This document shows positions 25,922 to 39,140 of a stretch of DNA of 64,000 nucleotides, in pieces (position 1 is the first letter of the stretch; each line of letters opens with the position of its first letter). A model generated the notes under the pieces. The model made no database searches, was not told the DNA's origin, and saw only the letters and a list, made by a program, of their open reading frames with translations. The stretch comes from Antedon mediterranea (lineage: Eukaryota > Animalia > Echinodermata), in the NCBI RefSeq assembly GCF_964355755.1, contig NC_092674.1, positions 14,694,001 to 14,758,000 on the forward strand, given 5' to 3'. Position numbers and translations under genes: made by a program.

Positions 25922-26830
25922 TTACTCCTCGAATTCTATATCAAAAAGCAATTGGCTTATTTTAACCATAGCGAGTCGTTGTCTTCGGCGGTCAAATGCT
26001 GAAACAATTGGGATAAGGCTCCTGAAATGTAGAGCGACTTCATCTTCCTGTTGATTCGAACCCGATATCAAAGAATTAATGGCTTCCGATGTCGTTTCCA
26101 GTTGGTTTATTATCATTGTATCAAGTTCGTCATGTTGCTTTTTCCGTTTTATCGGTACTTGTGGTATCGTCGACACACAGGGATTAATATTCTCTTCATT
26201 AGAAGCATGCCTGGTAGTAGTACCACTACTTGTAGCTTGACAGTTGCTGACAGTTGGCTTGTTGGCTGTTTTTTCATGCAGAAATCTCATCTGTTCAAAA
26301 TACTTGCATTTCGGTAAAGACGTAGCGGCTGCCCCAGACCGTATCATTGAATTTCTCTTGTTTAGGCACTTCTTTAGTGTGTCAAATTATACCGAATTAA
26401 TACTTTAACTTTAATTTTTGTAGGCCTACCTACACGCGAGTAATTTATCCAAAATTGAAAATGGAATGTTCGAATAGGCCTGCCTGCGAGTAGGCTTGCT
26501 AGATAGAGTAGCCTAGGCCTAGCTAGTAGATTAGACCTAGGCTAGCTAGGCATGGCATACTAATTTAATATTAAGATATAGGGGCCTAGGCCTAGCATAG
26601 TTGTAGGCCTAGTCTAACCTAGTCCTAGTAGCCTAGTAGGCTCTACGCCTAGGTTAGCTAGGCTTACTTAGAGTTTGTTTTTACCTTCTCTATTGAAAAT
26701 TTCTCCTATTGTTTTCCAGGCGTTAACTTTAATTGCACGGTTTTTATACTGTTCAGAGTTAACATCCCACAGACATTTGTGTTTTCTGACTTCTTCTATG
26801 AAGAGTTCTTTGTTAAACAGACCTAGGCTT
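25922..26830 (-). CDS. Harbinger accessory MADF/SANT DNA-binding protein (spliced; start not fixed)
   Basis: Minus-strand exon ~26680-26820 FNKELFIEEVRKHKCLWDVNSEQYKNRAIKVNAW; exon 25922-26380 KYFEQMRFL...BESS-like LAMVKISQLLFDIEF. Confidence 0.8.
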
Positions 26831-27251
26831 AGGCCTAAGCTTTCCTCCTCTGCTGGTGGTGGACTGCATGACTCCTGTGGCTGGGGTCCTGTCCCGACGA
26901 CTACGACGCCTGCTTCTGTTGCTCCAGTGCCGGTAGGTCTAGGCCTATTAGTATTTGGCCTAGGCCTAATTCTGTCTCTTCTAGATCTTTCACAGCACCA
27001 TCAATTGTCGGGGGGGCCGCCAGACGATTTGTTGACAACTCATTTCTCGAGCAGCTCTGTGATTGGTTGAGAAGTTTTCGCTTCACAAAAAGTAGAAACA
27101 ATTCGAACTAGTAAATTTCGCTGAAGCGAAAAATCAAAGGAACTAGAATTCGTCGAAGAAGGGAGTATGACAGACAGAAACTCGAATACGCATGCGCATA
27201 GCATGACGCTTTCGATTCGCGCGAACAAATTCGCCTAGTGGAAAATAGGCT

Positions 27252-27791
27252 TAAGGATGATGATTTGTTTGACTTAATTATAGATCCGTATAAATTGTAT
27301 CACAAAACAAGGTATGACTCATATTCTAAAAGAAATGATATCACTCTAAAATTAAAAAATCAGGCTCATGGTGGCGTTGCAGTCTATACCAAGAACAAAT
27401 TTACAAGCAGGTTAGATATACGTATTGACGACATAGAGGTAATTTCATTTGTAATAACATGTCCAATTTCAGTTGCTGTGTCAGTAATTTATAGACCTCC
27501 AAGCTATGATATTAAAACATTTTGTTACAATTTGAGGAAATTAGTAAACAGTTAAATAAATTAAGTACAAAATGTATCATAATGGGTGACTTTAATGAAA
27601 ATCTTTTTAAACAACCTTCTAGAGTGAATGATATAATGTTAGACAATGGGTATCAACAACATGTTACATGTTCTACTACTGAAAGTAATACATTGATTGA
27701 TCATGTTTATAGCAAAGGCCTAGATTCAATACAAGCAGAAGTAATTCCAATCTATTACAGTTATCATGAAGCCATTCAAATAACTTTTTGA
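27252..27791 (+). pseudogene. Helentron AP-type endonuclease (C-terminal part)
   Basis: Rejoins in frame as WLN|KDDD; GGVAVY, IYRPP, MGDFN, TLIDHVY, YSYHEAI; frameshift near 27550. Confidence 0.9.
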
Positions 27792-28172
27792 CTTTAATCT
27801 TTATTATTTTTAGACATGTTTTATTAGCTATTTTTTTAGTATAACGTAATTGCTTTAAAAGAAAACAAACTTGAAAGAATTGAATGTAACAAATATAACT
27901 TAAATAAAAGAAATTCATAAACCAACTTAAAGATGGTAGAACTGTAAAAAAACTGGAAGGAACAAATACTTATAATAGTAAAGTAACATATAAGTGATTT
28001 ACATAGACATTTTCCAGATAACTTTGCTGAAGCATATTTTATTTTATTTATATAATTTGATCTTTGGTGGGGTGCGTACAATTGAGGGACTAGTGCTGTT
28101 CCTCAATAGGTCTACTACGCCGAGAATGTTTAAGGAGTCGCTATCCAATCGGGTTTGAACTATACTTTGAAA

Positions 28173-28245
28173 GGCCCAGTGGTCTAATGATTAGGACATC
28201 TGCGTATACAAGAGGAGGTCCGGGTTCGAATCTCGTTAGGGGAAA
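28173..28245 (+). other. tRNA-derived sequence (Pol III A and B boxes); not an intact tRNA
   Basis: TGGTCTAATG A-box and GGTTCGAATC B-box; acceptor stem does not pair. Confidence 0.65.
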
Positions 28246-30968
28246 CTTTTTCTCATTCTCATAGATTTCATCATTTTATAGTTTCAAATGAATTCATACA
28301 TTTTTACAGTATATCACCGGACGGGTTAGAATTAATGTTTATTGCCTGTTGGGTTTATATATAAATCCAAAGGCAAACAATACTGAAAAGTGACAGTGCT
28401 GTGGGTATCAGTGGCTGGATACCCACAGCATTGTCATTTTGTTTTTATGGTCTCATTGTATTTTCTTTTTTATTAAGATGATAGTTAGCCTATATAATGC
28501 AATTGAGTGTTCCGGTTTTCAAGTTTAGTCAGAAGAGATGAACACATGTCTGTGGTTACACAAAATGGGTTCCAAAAATGGAATATATTGTGTAATATAC
28601 TAAAAAAAATTTTGTTGCAATACAACTATCTCACAACAACAATGTACCACTTATACGTACGCCTATCTTGTTCTCGGGCTATTATATTGTATAGAAATAC
28701 TTTTATCTTATCATCATTTGAATATCTTGTTAATATAATAGATAATTATATTATTATTCTGATATCATGATACTTTTTACATTCATACTATTTGGCTAAT
28801 ACAGTTTTGAAAATTTTTCTTTTAGATTAACTCTCTCTTTTTTTGTTGCTATTTTATAATAATTATTGTATTTATTGATTTTTTAGCCACTCGGTATGTA
28901 CTTTAGGTTGGTATGCAGGTTGAGTTCAGAACTGAATGATGTGTTCACGTCTAAAATTAAAAGCCTTGTGAAAGAAAATTTGGTCACCATTTCCCCAATG
29001 TACAGTACAATTATTTATTACAGAATTAAGTTTTCGATATTGATATACAATTTGTCATAGACGAATACTTGTGGAAACTAATAAATGAAATGAGATTAAT
29101 TGAGATATTTTTTGTATTTATAACGTCGTCGATTTGTCATACTTTTTAAAGATGAAATAGACATAGGTTTAATAAACAGGACTGACGAGAAACTGATAAC
29201 CAACCAGAAATTGGACTTTAAAAAATGATCATTATAAATCTGTGATTTCACATAGGTGAATAGGCTCTGATGCAGGCAAATTATTGTTTGCTGCCCTCAA
29301 TCACGCCCGTAAGACGTACTACAAATGTTGTGTCACTTAATAAAGTTTTTAGCATGATCAAAATGAAACATGAAAATTAGAAGATAATTGTCTGCGCAAT
29401 GACAACATTAAACGTTGAAGAACTCGATACATAAAATTAAAATGTGCACTAAATATTTTTTGACGCGAAAGGATGAAAATTCAACTATTTATTTCATCTA
29501 TGCAGGATTTATTCTCATTCTTCAGATACAACTGGCTATATGATGGCATCACAGCATCCGGTAACTACAATTTTACAGCTTTCATAATAAGTTTTAATCA
29601 TGACCAGCAGATTCATAATAAATTGTAATCATGACTATCACTTTAAATACAAAGTAGCTATAAGAGATAAAATAAATTGAAATTATTTTTATTCACATTT
29701 CCAACATTATGACGTCATTAACATTAAAATAATTTGTGAGTCATACAAAACATAGAATAGGACCTGAAGAAAAAATGATGTTTGTGTTGAATTCTTTTTA
29801 TTTTGTGTCAGATAGTAACAGTGTATACATACTACATACAGTATAGCCTAGGTGAAATGACTGGATCCTCCTTTTATAAATTTTTTTACATGATGCCATC
29901 AAATGAATTATGAAAATAGCATTTTCAAAAGACGATTGCCTGTCAACATATTGCCATGTTTAGAGATTAAAACATGTAGAATACAGATGCGCGCTCATAC
30001 GTCTAAAAAGTTTGGGCGCGTGGAAATTTTTGACATTTGCAAAATGGCATAATCAGCGTAGAAAGATTAGAAATTAATTTTGTGCATTTTTTAATTTTAA
30101 ATCCGCATGCACATGTAAATTTTGTTAAAATATGCCATTTTTATTCCACAGAAAGTTGACTCTTGATATGAATTAAATTGAAGTGTAAAAAAAAAATTAC
30201 TTTTGGTTATTATATAAATTCACAAAATCGCCCGCAAGTCATGTTGCGCAGCCCTGAGGTCATTTAACAATAGGACACGTAAATGTCGATATGTTGATGA
30301 TGTTTACGATATGTTCTGTTTACAGGTTTTAGAGAAACGCGACACACAAAAAAGAAGAAAGGAAGAAGAATAGATTTGAACTAGTCAGATTGAAGAGTTA
30401 GTAATTTGCACGACAAACACCACATGCATGTCATTCAGAAAATTGTACGCATAAAAATATTATGCCATTATGACCTGGGGAAAAACAATGTGATTAATAG
30501 TAAACTCTTTATTTTGTGTCTAAGTATGTACATTACTATATACAAACTACATCAGTGTAGAATAGGTGAAATTACGGGACCCGTCTTTTATTCCATTTTT
30601 TAACATGATGACGTCATCAAAATGAAACACGAAGATAGCAATGTTGGAAGAACAAAATCAAAGCAAAAACATATCAACATGTTGAAGGGATTCGAACACG
30701 TAGAGTATAGATGCGCGTTCTTTTAAATGTGAAACTTAGACTAATTAGTTATCCACACCACAAACGCCACGCGCACGTACGTTAAGCCTGTCTTAAAAAA
30801 TATAAAAAACATTTATGTGCTACTGTTTTATGATTGATTATATGCTAACCTATAACATGTTATAGGTTACCAGATTTTTAACAGAGGTGAAATGACTCTG
30901 ATAGGAGCAAATTATTGTTTGCCGCCCTCTATCATATAAAAATGCATTACAAATTTTGATATCCCATA

Positions 30969-33900
30969 TAGTCCAGTCCCTAAGGGGAGAAAAAGGGGTG
31001 GGATGTTACCAGACTGGATACAAATTTTTCAGTATAGCAGTTTGGTAGAGTATAGTGTGGAGATGCCAAAACAAAGTTACTGGAAATCTGATTTGACCTC
31101 TGTGACCTCTGACCTCAATTTTTATATTTTTCTATTATATAAATAATAATCGCCATATCTTGACAACGCAGAGACATTTTACATTTATTTTTTTTTCAAA
31201 ATGCTTGGAAGATATATATTTATGTTCGCTATAATGAAAATAATTGTACAAAAATGGCCGCAAAGACTTTATTTTTCAGTTTGACCTTTGACCTTGATTG
31301 CCTAATATCTCAATAACACGCAATCTCAGAGATTTGAGAATGGGCTCAAAATGTTAAGAAAATAAATCTAATATTTAGTCTAATAGAAACTTTTTTCAAA
31401 AAATTACCATAAATTAAGCTTTTTTGACCCTTGACCTCTAATGTTTGAATATGTCAATATCTCGGTAACTATTTGTCCTAAAAAGTTCAGTTTGGTGTCA
31501 AATTGTTTATAATATACACATTTATATTTGCTCTAACAAAATATTTTGTCAGAATTCAATTGGAAATGTCATTTTGAGCTATGACCCATCGTTTTGCATA
31601 TATTTAGCAATTAATATTTAATAATCTATAAAAAGAGATCGAGAGAGGGGAGGGGGTTGGGGTGGATGGAGAGACACATATTTTTGTTACATGTTACACA
31701 AATGTTAAACTCTGTCTACACTATAACATTTTTATGCGACAAAAAAATGTGATGTGCCCATATATGGACACGATGAATGACATATCACTACCATATTTGG
31801 GCACATCACACCTTTTTTGTTAAACTAGTTTATAGTGTAGACAAACATGTAAAAAATATGTCTCTCCATCACCCCAACCACCTCCCCCTCTCTCGCTTTT
31901 CCAATGCTACTGCATGCATCTATACACATCAAAATGACCGGAATTGTACTGGAAAGTTTTTAGCTACATTTGAAAATAAGTCCCAGAGGATGGGTGTATT
32001 GTAATGTTATCAGAATTATGGCAATTGTTTGTAATGGGAAAGTTTTAAAACTACATTTGAAATATTTGCTAATAATATCACATGCTATTAAAGATATACT
32101 TATTTTCCCCCTGACAAAAGTAATTTTGACAAATATTTTTGTTGAATATGCAATTTTAATGTCACACATAATAGTTTCACCAAAAATTGGATTGAAAAAA
32201 AATGATATAGTGCATACCCAAAAAAACTGTAATTCAAAGCAAAAAATAGGCTGGAAGTCAATAGGGGTTCACATGGAACTATGTCTAGAAGAAGTGGATT
32301 TAACAATTTTCTACTAACTGGACTAACCTTGACAAATCCCGTTCTTTGGTACAATTATGTCTAGTTAATTAAATTTCATAAAATCCTGGTATTGGAGATT
32401 TTAAATGCTATTTTATGTAAAAAAAAATCATCTATTTCTTTTATTTATCCCGTATGTTGTTTACTTTTAACTTCTGATTACAAACAATTGGTCATTTTAC
32501 TTTCTGTGTTAAATTTTGTATTCTATTTTTCAGTATAGTAAATATTTTAGGCCTACCATCTTCTAATATCTAATTAGACCTCTGTCCTCGTCATTTAATT
32601 TTTTAGGACATTTTATGGGGTACACAATGAAGAATGACCATATTCTTTGCAATTCAAATGTTAAATATGAAAATGAAATGGGTTACAAAATTCTTCAATT
32701 TCATTGGTGCAAATGAGGCTAAAGGCCACCCGCTGGGTTGTTAATTGGATTACCCTCATAAAATAACTGGCTATCCTTGGATTTACTTCTAAATCCAAGC
32801 AGCAATAATTGTCCAGAAAAAAAACATCATCCGGACATAATTGAGCGTTCACATCCAAATTATGGCGAGATCATGTAGATAATCTACTTAAATTAACTAG
32901 CCATAGTGCGATGTGAACGCCACTATTGTGATTTTGGTTAAATTAACTGTTTATTTTGTCTTTAAAGTGATATTTACTCTATTTTTTAAATTAGCTCTTT
33001 GATTAAACACCTCTTCCAATGTCTTGTCTTACTAATCTTCCTTAACTTCTCTTTGAACGATCGTAATCAATATTTGTTGAGGTATAATATTTCCCTCTAA
33101 TATGGTAATGCCTGTTTTATTGAGTCAAATGCTTTCTGATAATCTCTAAATCAAAGATTTGGTGATATTCATTTCCTTTTTATTTTAGTTGATTGACAAA
33201 CTGTATAAGATGGTCCTACTGTATAAAGCCTTATATATTGGTTTATTTACTTCTAGTCGGTCTCTGATTTTGTTTTTTGATTACTTTTGTAAATTATTTG
33301 TGTACATGTGATAATGTTCGTTTGGTCGGTAATGGTTGATATCAGTTTTGTCATGTTTTTGTGGATTAAAGTATAATTATCATTGCTTCTCTTAATTTCT
33401 TCTGGTTTCAAAGATTTTGTTAGTGTTATGAGCTGGATGTGTTATTGCCTCATTAAGCCAAGATGGTAATTTTGACTGCTCACTGGTTTGTTTTCCTTTT
33501 ATATTCCACTACAAATGTTCTTGAAAAGAAATCAGCTTTGTAATTAATTTGTCTTTGATCCTTTTCAGATTTCTAATATTTTAAACATATGTTTTTCTTT
33601 TCTTCGCTTTTTCCTCACTGTTTCAAACATTTCATTTTTTCAGCATACTTCAAGCAATTAATTGATAATTAGGTCATATGTTTATGAGTATCAAATCGCA
33701 TTGGTTAATTCTTCTTTTCTTTCTTTAAGATCCTGATTTTCATTTTTTTTTTTATTGTTATTTAACTTTTAAGTTTATCTAATTTTTTGTTGATATTAAG
33801 TGTTGCTCTTACGGTGTAGGCCTACCATGCGATGGAATTATATATTGAAATTAAATTAAACATTAAGTTTTAAGAAAATTGTAAAAGGCTAAATAGGATA

Positions 33901-34568
33901 TTGAATGTAGTTCTGGTCCATTAAATCTATATTTTAGGTATATTATTATAAGTATGACACACGCACGCTTAACAGTATATCCTGGTCATACCTCAAACTG
34001 GCATTTCCAGTAAAAATATGATAACATCTTCTATTAGAGCTAATATAAATGTTTACATTTTGAACATTTTGACACCAAGTTGAACTTTTTATGACATTTG
34101 GTTACAGAGATACAGACATATTTAAACATTAAAGGTCAAAGGTCAGTAAATTACATTTCCTGTGGATTTGGAAGAACATGTTTAATTAGAGTATATATAA
34201 ATATGTATGCTCTTAACAATTTGAAACAAATTTCAAGAAATTTTGACCAGTAGTTATTGAGATATAGTAAGCCGAGGTCAAAGGTCAAAACATTGAGAAA
34301 TTACATTTCCGGTCGTTTTTTTGAAAAAAGTTCTATTAGAGCGAATATAAACATGTACCCTCTGATCTATTTGACACCAATATCATTTCAATTGTCAAAC
34401 CCGTTGCGGAGATATGGCTGTTTAAGATAGAAATATAAAAATTGAGGTCAGAGGTCACAGAGGTCAAATCAGATTTCCAGTAACTTTGTTTTGGTATCTC
34501 CATATCATGTTCTATCAACACACTTGTATCCACTATGGTAACATCCTTTCCCCTTAGGGACTGGACTA
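30969..34568. mobile_element. Academ-like non-autonomous DNA transposon (3.6 kb) with long imperfect TIRs
   Basis: Ends TAGTCCAGTCCCTAAGGGGA / TCCCCTTAGGGACTGGACTA; 3-bp TSD ATA; inverted similarity extends ~500 bp; TAG termini and 3-4 bp TSDs are typical of Academ. Confidence 0.75.
31638..31895. repeat. Imperfect ~260-bp palindrome (foldback/MITE)
   Basis: GAGAGAGGGGAGG...GATGTGCCCATATATGG mirrored by CCATATTTGGGCACATC...CCTCCCCCTCTCTC. Confidence 0.75.
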
Positions 34569-34789
34569 ATATACACAGCATATAGCATTAATTCTACATG
34601 ATACAGAGGGCGGCAAACAACAATTTGCTCACATCAGAGCCTATGCTGGTGTATATTGTACTTATTATAATATTATATGACATATTAACTGAATTATGGG
34701 ACCTGCCCTTAATTCAAATATTTAACATGATGACGTCATAAAAAAAAACACAAAGATAGCAATTTCTGAAGAAAATTATTTGAAAACTG

Positions 34790-35330
34790 GTTTTGATGGA
34801 AGTCATACATGATAAATGGGGTCATCAGGTGGTTGAACAAACTACAACACTGTTGATGAAAAGATGTTACTGGCCTGGTTTACAACATGATGTGAAGCAA
34901 TATTCGGAAATGTTTTACCTGTGTACTTCGTAAAGCACCGACGCCAAGTATTACTAAACCGCCAGAGATTCTATGTATTGATTTTATTCACTTCGATCAG
35001 GGTTGAGATTTTGAGGGAAAGTTAATTAAAAAATTGTGCACATTGTATGACATTCAGAAAACCCAAACTAGTCCATATCGACCTTGTGGAAATGGTCAAG
35101 TTGAAAGATTTAATTCTACCTTATGTAAAATGATTCGCTCAGTGGAAATTAATAGACGTAAATATTGGCCAGATTTGTTATTTCATCTTGTTTATAATGT
35201 ATAATACTACTATCCATAAATTACTAATTATACTCCATTTCAATTCAATTCAAAATTCTTTAACGATACCACACGGGGCATTTGGGTTAATGCATGGTCG
35301 GCAACCTAAGATTTTGATTGATCACATTAT
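34790..35330 (+). pseudogene. Gypsy integrase core remnant
   Basis: DQG*DFEGKLIKKLCTLYDIQKTQTSPYRPCGNGQVERFNSTL..MIR..W. Confidence 0.8.
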
Positions 35331-35699
35331 TAAAAATAATACTGATATTGATAATAATTAGGACTGTGATTATGTAGTACATAAGGCTAACTCTATGAAA
35401 TTTGTTAATGAAACACTAATTAAGAACATTAGTAATGCGTATAAAGTAAATAAGCAAAATGATGTACAGGTATATGATATAAAACCTGTAATGGGTGGTC
35501 TTAATAAGAGAGTAAATAGAAGCTTACTGACTACTGACCCAGGGAAGATATGTGTGACCCACCACCATTTTTGTAGACACATACAGTAAGCATACGCCAT
35601 TTTTTCCCGTGAAACAACAAAGCTATACAGTGGTCATGACTTCCCATCACGTGCTGGCAACTTGGTAATACTCCATGCGGGACTATAAGCTTACTCTAC

Positions 35700-36340
35700 C
35701 CTCCTGAAAATACATCAATGACTTGTTACCTTTAGTTAAAAATGGATATATCTGCGCCGGACTTGGCGGTCAGACCTCGGGATTTTAGGAAAAAGAAAAA
35801 TGAAAAAAGTTATCTGATAGTTAATGATCAGACAATTGAACGTGTTCATGAAACCAAATATCTTGGTACACATATTGATGATCAACTTAGTTTTGAAAAA
35901 AATACGGCCGAGATAATTAAGAAAGGTCACCAAAGGTTATATTTCCTAAGAAAGCTAAATAAATTTATGAAAAACAGGTCCTAAGTAAATTAAGTAAAAT
36001 TTTAGAAGATAAGAAACATCCATTACATATGAGATTCAAGTCAGGCCGGTTACGGGCTCCTATAGCTGATACGTCAAGAAACCGACTGTCTTTTGTACCA
36101 AATTCAACTCATATTTTAACTCAAAGATTGTTAGATCATAAAAGCGCACATGCAATATATATTTTAAAGTTTTACTGTTGATGGATGTTTTAATTAATGT
36201 TTTTAAATTGTAAATTTGTTCTATGTATGATGTAATTATGAATGTTTTACCATATTTTTCTGTCGAGGAAAACAATTTTTCCATGTACAATTTATTTTAT
36301 ATGGAACGAATAAAGATTTGATTTGATTTGATTTGATTTC
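35700..36340 (+). mobile_element. 5'-truncated LINE 3' end (CR1/L2/Rex1 group) with (GATTT)n tail
   Basis: IERVHETKYLGTHIDDQLSF...QRLYFLRKL; AATAAA followed by GATTT repeats. Confidence 0.8.
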
Positions 36341-36940
36341 GTAACGGCAAAACGATAGTTTCTATTATTGCAGATGGCGGTGGGGATTTCAACACTGGAC
36401 ACCATACAAAACTTCTGTATTTTGCAAGGCTTTTCCGAAAAACTGGACTGGATGAAATGAATGAAAATAATATGTCATGGTTCGGTGATACTAGTTCAAT
36501 TAATAGCACAATTGATGCTACTGATATCGAGGAAAACATCAAGGAAAACATCGAAGAGCCAAATGTTGCACTTGAATTTAACAAGGAACTGTTCTTGTAA
36601 TGACAGGCTGAAACAAACTGCCTGGGTGAAAATAGGGCAAGTCTTTTAAACAAAGACGGTAAGTAGTACTAGACCTACCTAGCCTAGGTATACTAATTAT
36701 TAATATTAGTATATACAGTATATTAATATTAGTTAATAATCGTGATTTTATAAGTAATAGGTGTCTAACATTCACTGCAGCCATTTTCATTTTGCGCTAA
36801 TCATCGCTAATGGCGCGAAAACTACCGAGCGAATCGAATCACGAATTGCTAGTGTAAAATATAATATACAATCGCGCGAACTTTTTTGCGGCGAAATAAT
36901 TCGCGTCGCGCGAATAAATTCGTCTAGTGTAAAATAGGCT
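36341..36940 (-). mobile_element. Internally deleted Harbinger relative of 24185-27251 (one TIR)
   Basis: TIR TCGCGCGAATAAATTCGTCTAGTGTAAAATAGGCT plus TTA; MAAVNVRHLLLIKSRLL resembles the transposase N-terminus; FNKELFL on the + strand resembles the MADF start. Confidence 0.8.
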
Positions 36941-37267
36941 TTATAGACCTATAAATAATTATATATGCTACTACCAAATATGCATTTGCATTTTTTTGTG
37001 TTAATAAATAAAATAAATCTGCTTGAAATTGTAATTGTTTCTACTTATTTGTCTATACGAAAATAACGTTTAAATCCTGTTTAAAAAAAAATGTTTTTAT
37101 TCAGTTTGTCGACGACATTTTTTTTGGCTTTGATATGAATCAATATCTTTACGATTGACGATTTAGTGATGCTTATCAGCATGTTAACGCGGGTTTCAAT
37201 CGTGACTTGATTCGTGTTAACGCGAATTGGTGCGAAATAGCAAGATAGTAGTATAATGCAACGCAAC

Positions 37268-37438
37268 GATTTACTGTCACTCTCGCTCGCGATCAATTAG
37301 GCTTAGCATCAGGTAAGTTTCAGTTAGTTTTATATTTTGCCAGAGACATATGATTTACTGTCACTCTCGCTCGCAATCAATTAGGCTTAGCATCAGGTAA
37401 GTTTCAGTTAGTTTTATATTTTGCCAGAGACATATGAT
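37268..37438. repeat. Tandem duplication (~85 bp x2) containing a CAG|GTAAGT donor site
   Basis: GATTTACTGTCACTCTCGCTCGC...CATCAGGTAAGTTTCAG...GAGACATATGAT occurs twice. Confidence 0.85.
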
Positions 37439-39140
37439 TATGCGTTTGTGTCGTTTGGAATAATTTGTAGATCACAGGCATGAAATTGTATTGACCCAAA
37501 TCAACACACATGTTTACCAACCGCTGAACGAGCACATGGTTTGTGTATCTAATTACGCATTCATCGTCCTCGATTTGTTTTAGGTTAATTTGTGTACCCC
37601 AAAAAGGACAGTTCGTCGTCAGTCAGTATTAGGCCTAATGTTTATTTTCCAATAAATACATTTTCCAAATATTGAATGTGCATTTATATCAATAAAATAT
37701 CAATTAGTTAGTTTTATAGAATACATCATCCACTGTCAAAAACCTCGTTTGTGGGTTTCCGGCCGTTGTGTGCATAAACTTGTATATGCAGGAAAAGAAT
37801 TAAATATGCAAAAACTATAACTAATAACGTTTGAAGTAGAACACTCAGAACAATCTTTTGTTAAAGTGTGCGCCCTCTATTGTTGTGGTATTTATCCACT
37901 TATATGCAAATTATGCTTATACACTACAGTATGGTCGAAGGCGGTGTTATGTGCGAGGCCTTACAATTTATTATCAGTGTTTCCAGGATATGTATTGCAG
38001 TATCATACGTTATTCAAAGAATAAATCCTGCATAAAAATTAAGCCTTCGTGTACGAGTTATAATAAAGTGTTGCTTTATTACACTTTACTAAACTTTTTT
38101 ATTCGGTGATTTTGCTGGTTCATTGTTTTACAGATTTTTACTGTCATACGATTTACATTATTTCAAATACTTAATTGTTGCATTTCACGATATCCATCAT
38201 TGTCAATCAGGTCAGATAACTTTAATGTTTTCCAGTTAATTCCTAATTTAATGTATTATTTATGCTCCTCCTACAAAATGTTCTTCCAATCAAATGATAA
38301 CCATAATGTTTGATATCTTACAATGCAACTTTTAAATAGTCTTATTTGCTTTTAATTATTACGCATATTAAAAATGTACATTAAATTATTTAAAGTAAAA
38401 TCATTGTAATATGCTGTTATATGTACGACAGGAGTACAATTACCAGATTATGATTTTGTTTATCCTATAAATATATATGATGCAATGTAATAAATATATA
38501 TGTGGACAACATTACAAAATAGCATATTGTTTTTTTTTAATATAATGAAACTGATACAAAGGTGAATAATATGCATGCAATCTGGGGCCTAATCCACATG
38601 TACAATGTTTTCAACTACGACCATAGACCTATCACAGTTTCTCCAACAGTATTCGTTATGGTATGCTATTTGTTATCGTTAGGGAAATGAAACATCAACC
38701 AATGGAGTTTTTAACAATTCCTACAGCACCCAGTAGTACACAAAAACCAGGACAAAGGAAAAGAATTAAATGTGCAAAAACTATAACTGTTAAACGTTTG
38801 AAGTAGAATACTCTAGTACAATCTTTACTAAACTCTGATAGATAGTTTTTTTGTCACTCGGTATTATGTTATTTATGCTATTTGTTATGTTATTGTTACC
38901 GATTTTGACATAGGAAACATGATAAAAATTAACATAATGACAAATGGAAGAAATCGCGAGACTCATTCGTTTCGTTGCTATTATGGTTATCAAACGCATT
39001 CGGTTCTGGAATACGACGGCAAGAAATTCAACTTTAAACTTCAATTTTATCAGTTTCTGAAAGAATTAAGCTTTGAAATTTACAAAATACCACTAATCAA
39101 ATAATAAATAAATAAACAAAAATCAAGATGGATATTTTTT

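Larger units (their letters stand above)
24185..27251 (+). mobile_element. PIF/Harbinger DNA transposon (3067 bp)
   Basis: 36-bp TIRs AGCCTATTTTCCACTAGGCGAATTTGTTCGCGCGAA; TAA TSD at 24182-24184 and 27252-27254; two convergent genes. Confidence 0.96.
7108..28440 (+). mobile_element. Helentron (Helitron with AP endonuclease), decayed and interrupted by nested insertions; ends approximate
   Basis: Rep, PIF1 helicase and endonuclease motifs in order at 21097-27791; candidate 3' hairpins at 28081-28107 and 28391-28436; 5' end not located. Confidence 0.85.

Noticed and set aside
28173-28245. Functional tRNA gene (also 51257-51328)
   Set aside because: Acceptor and anticodon stems do not pair properly; only the A and B boxes remain
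37795-38830. ~70-bp direct repeat at 37791 and 38755 as LTRs
   Set aside because: No TG...CA ends, PBS, PPT or TSD
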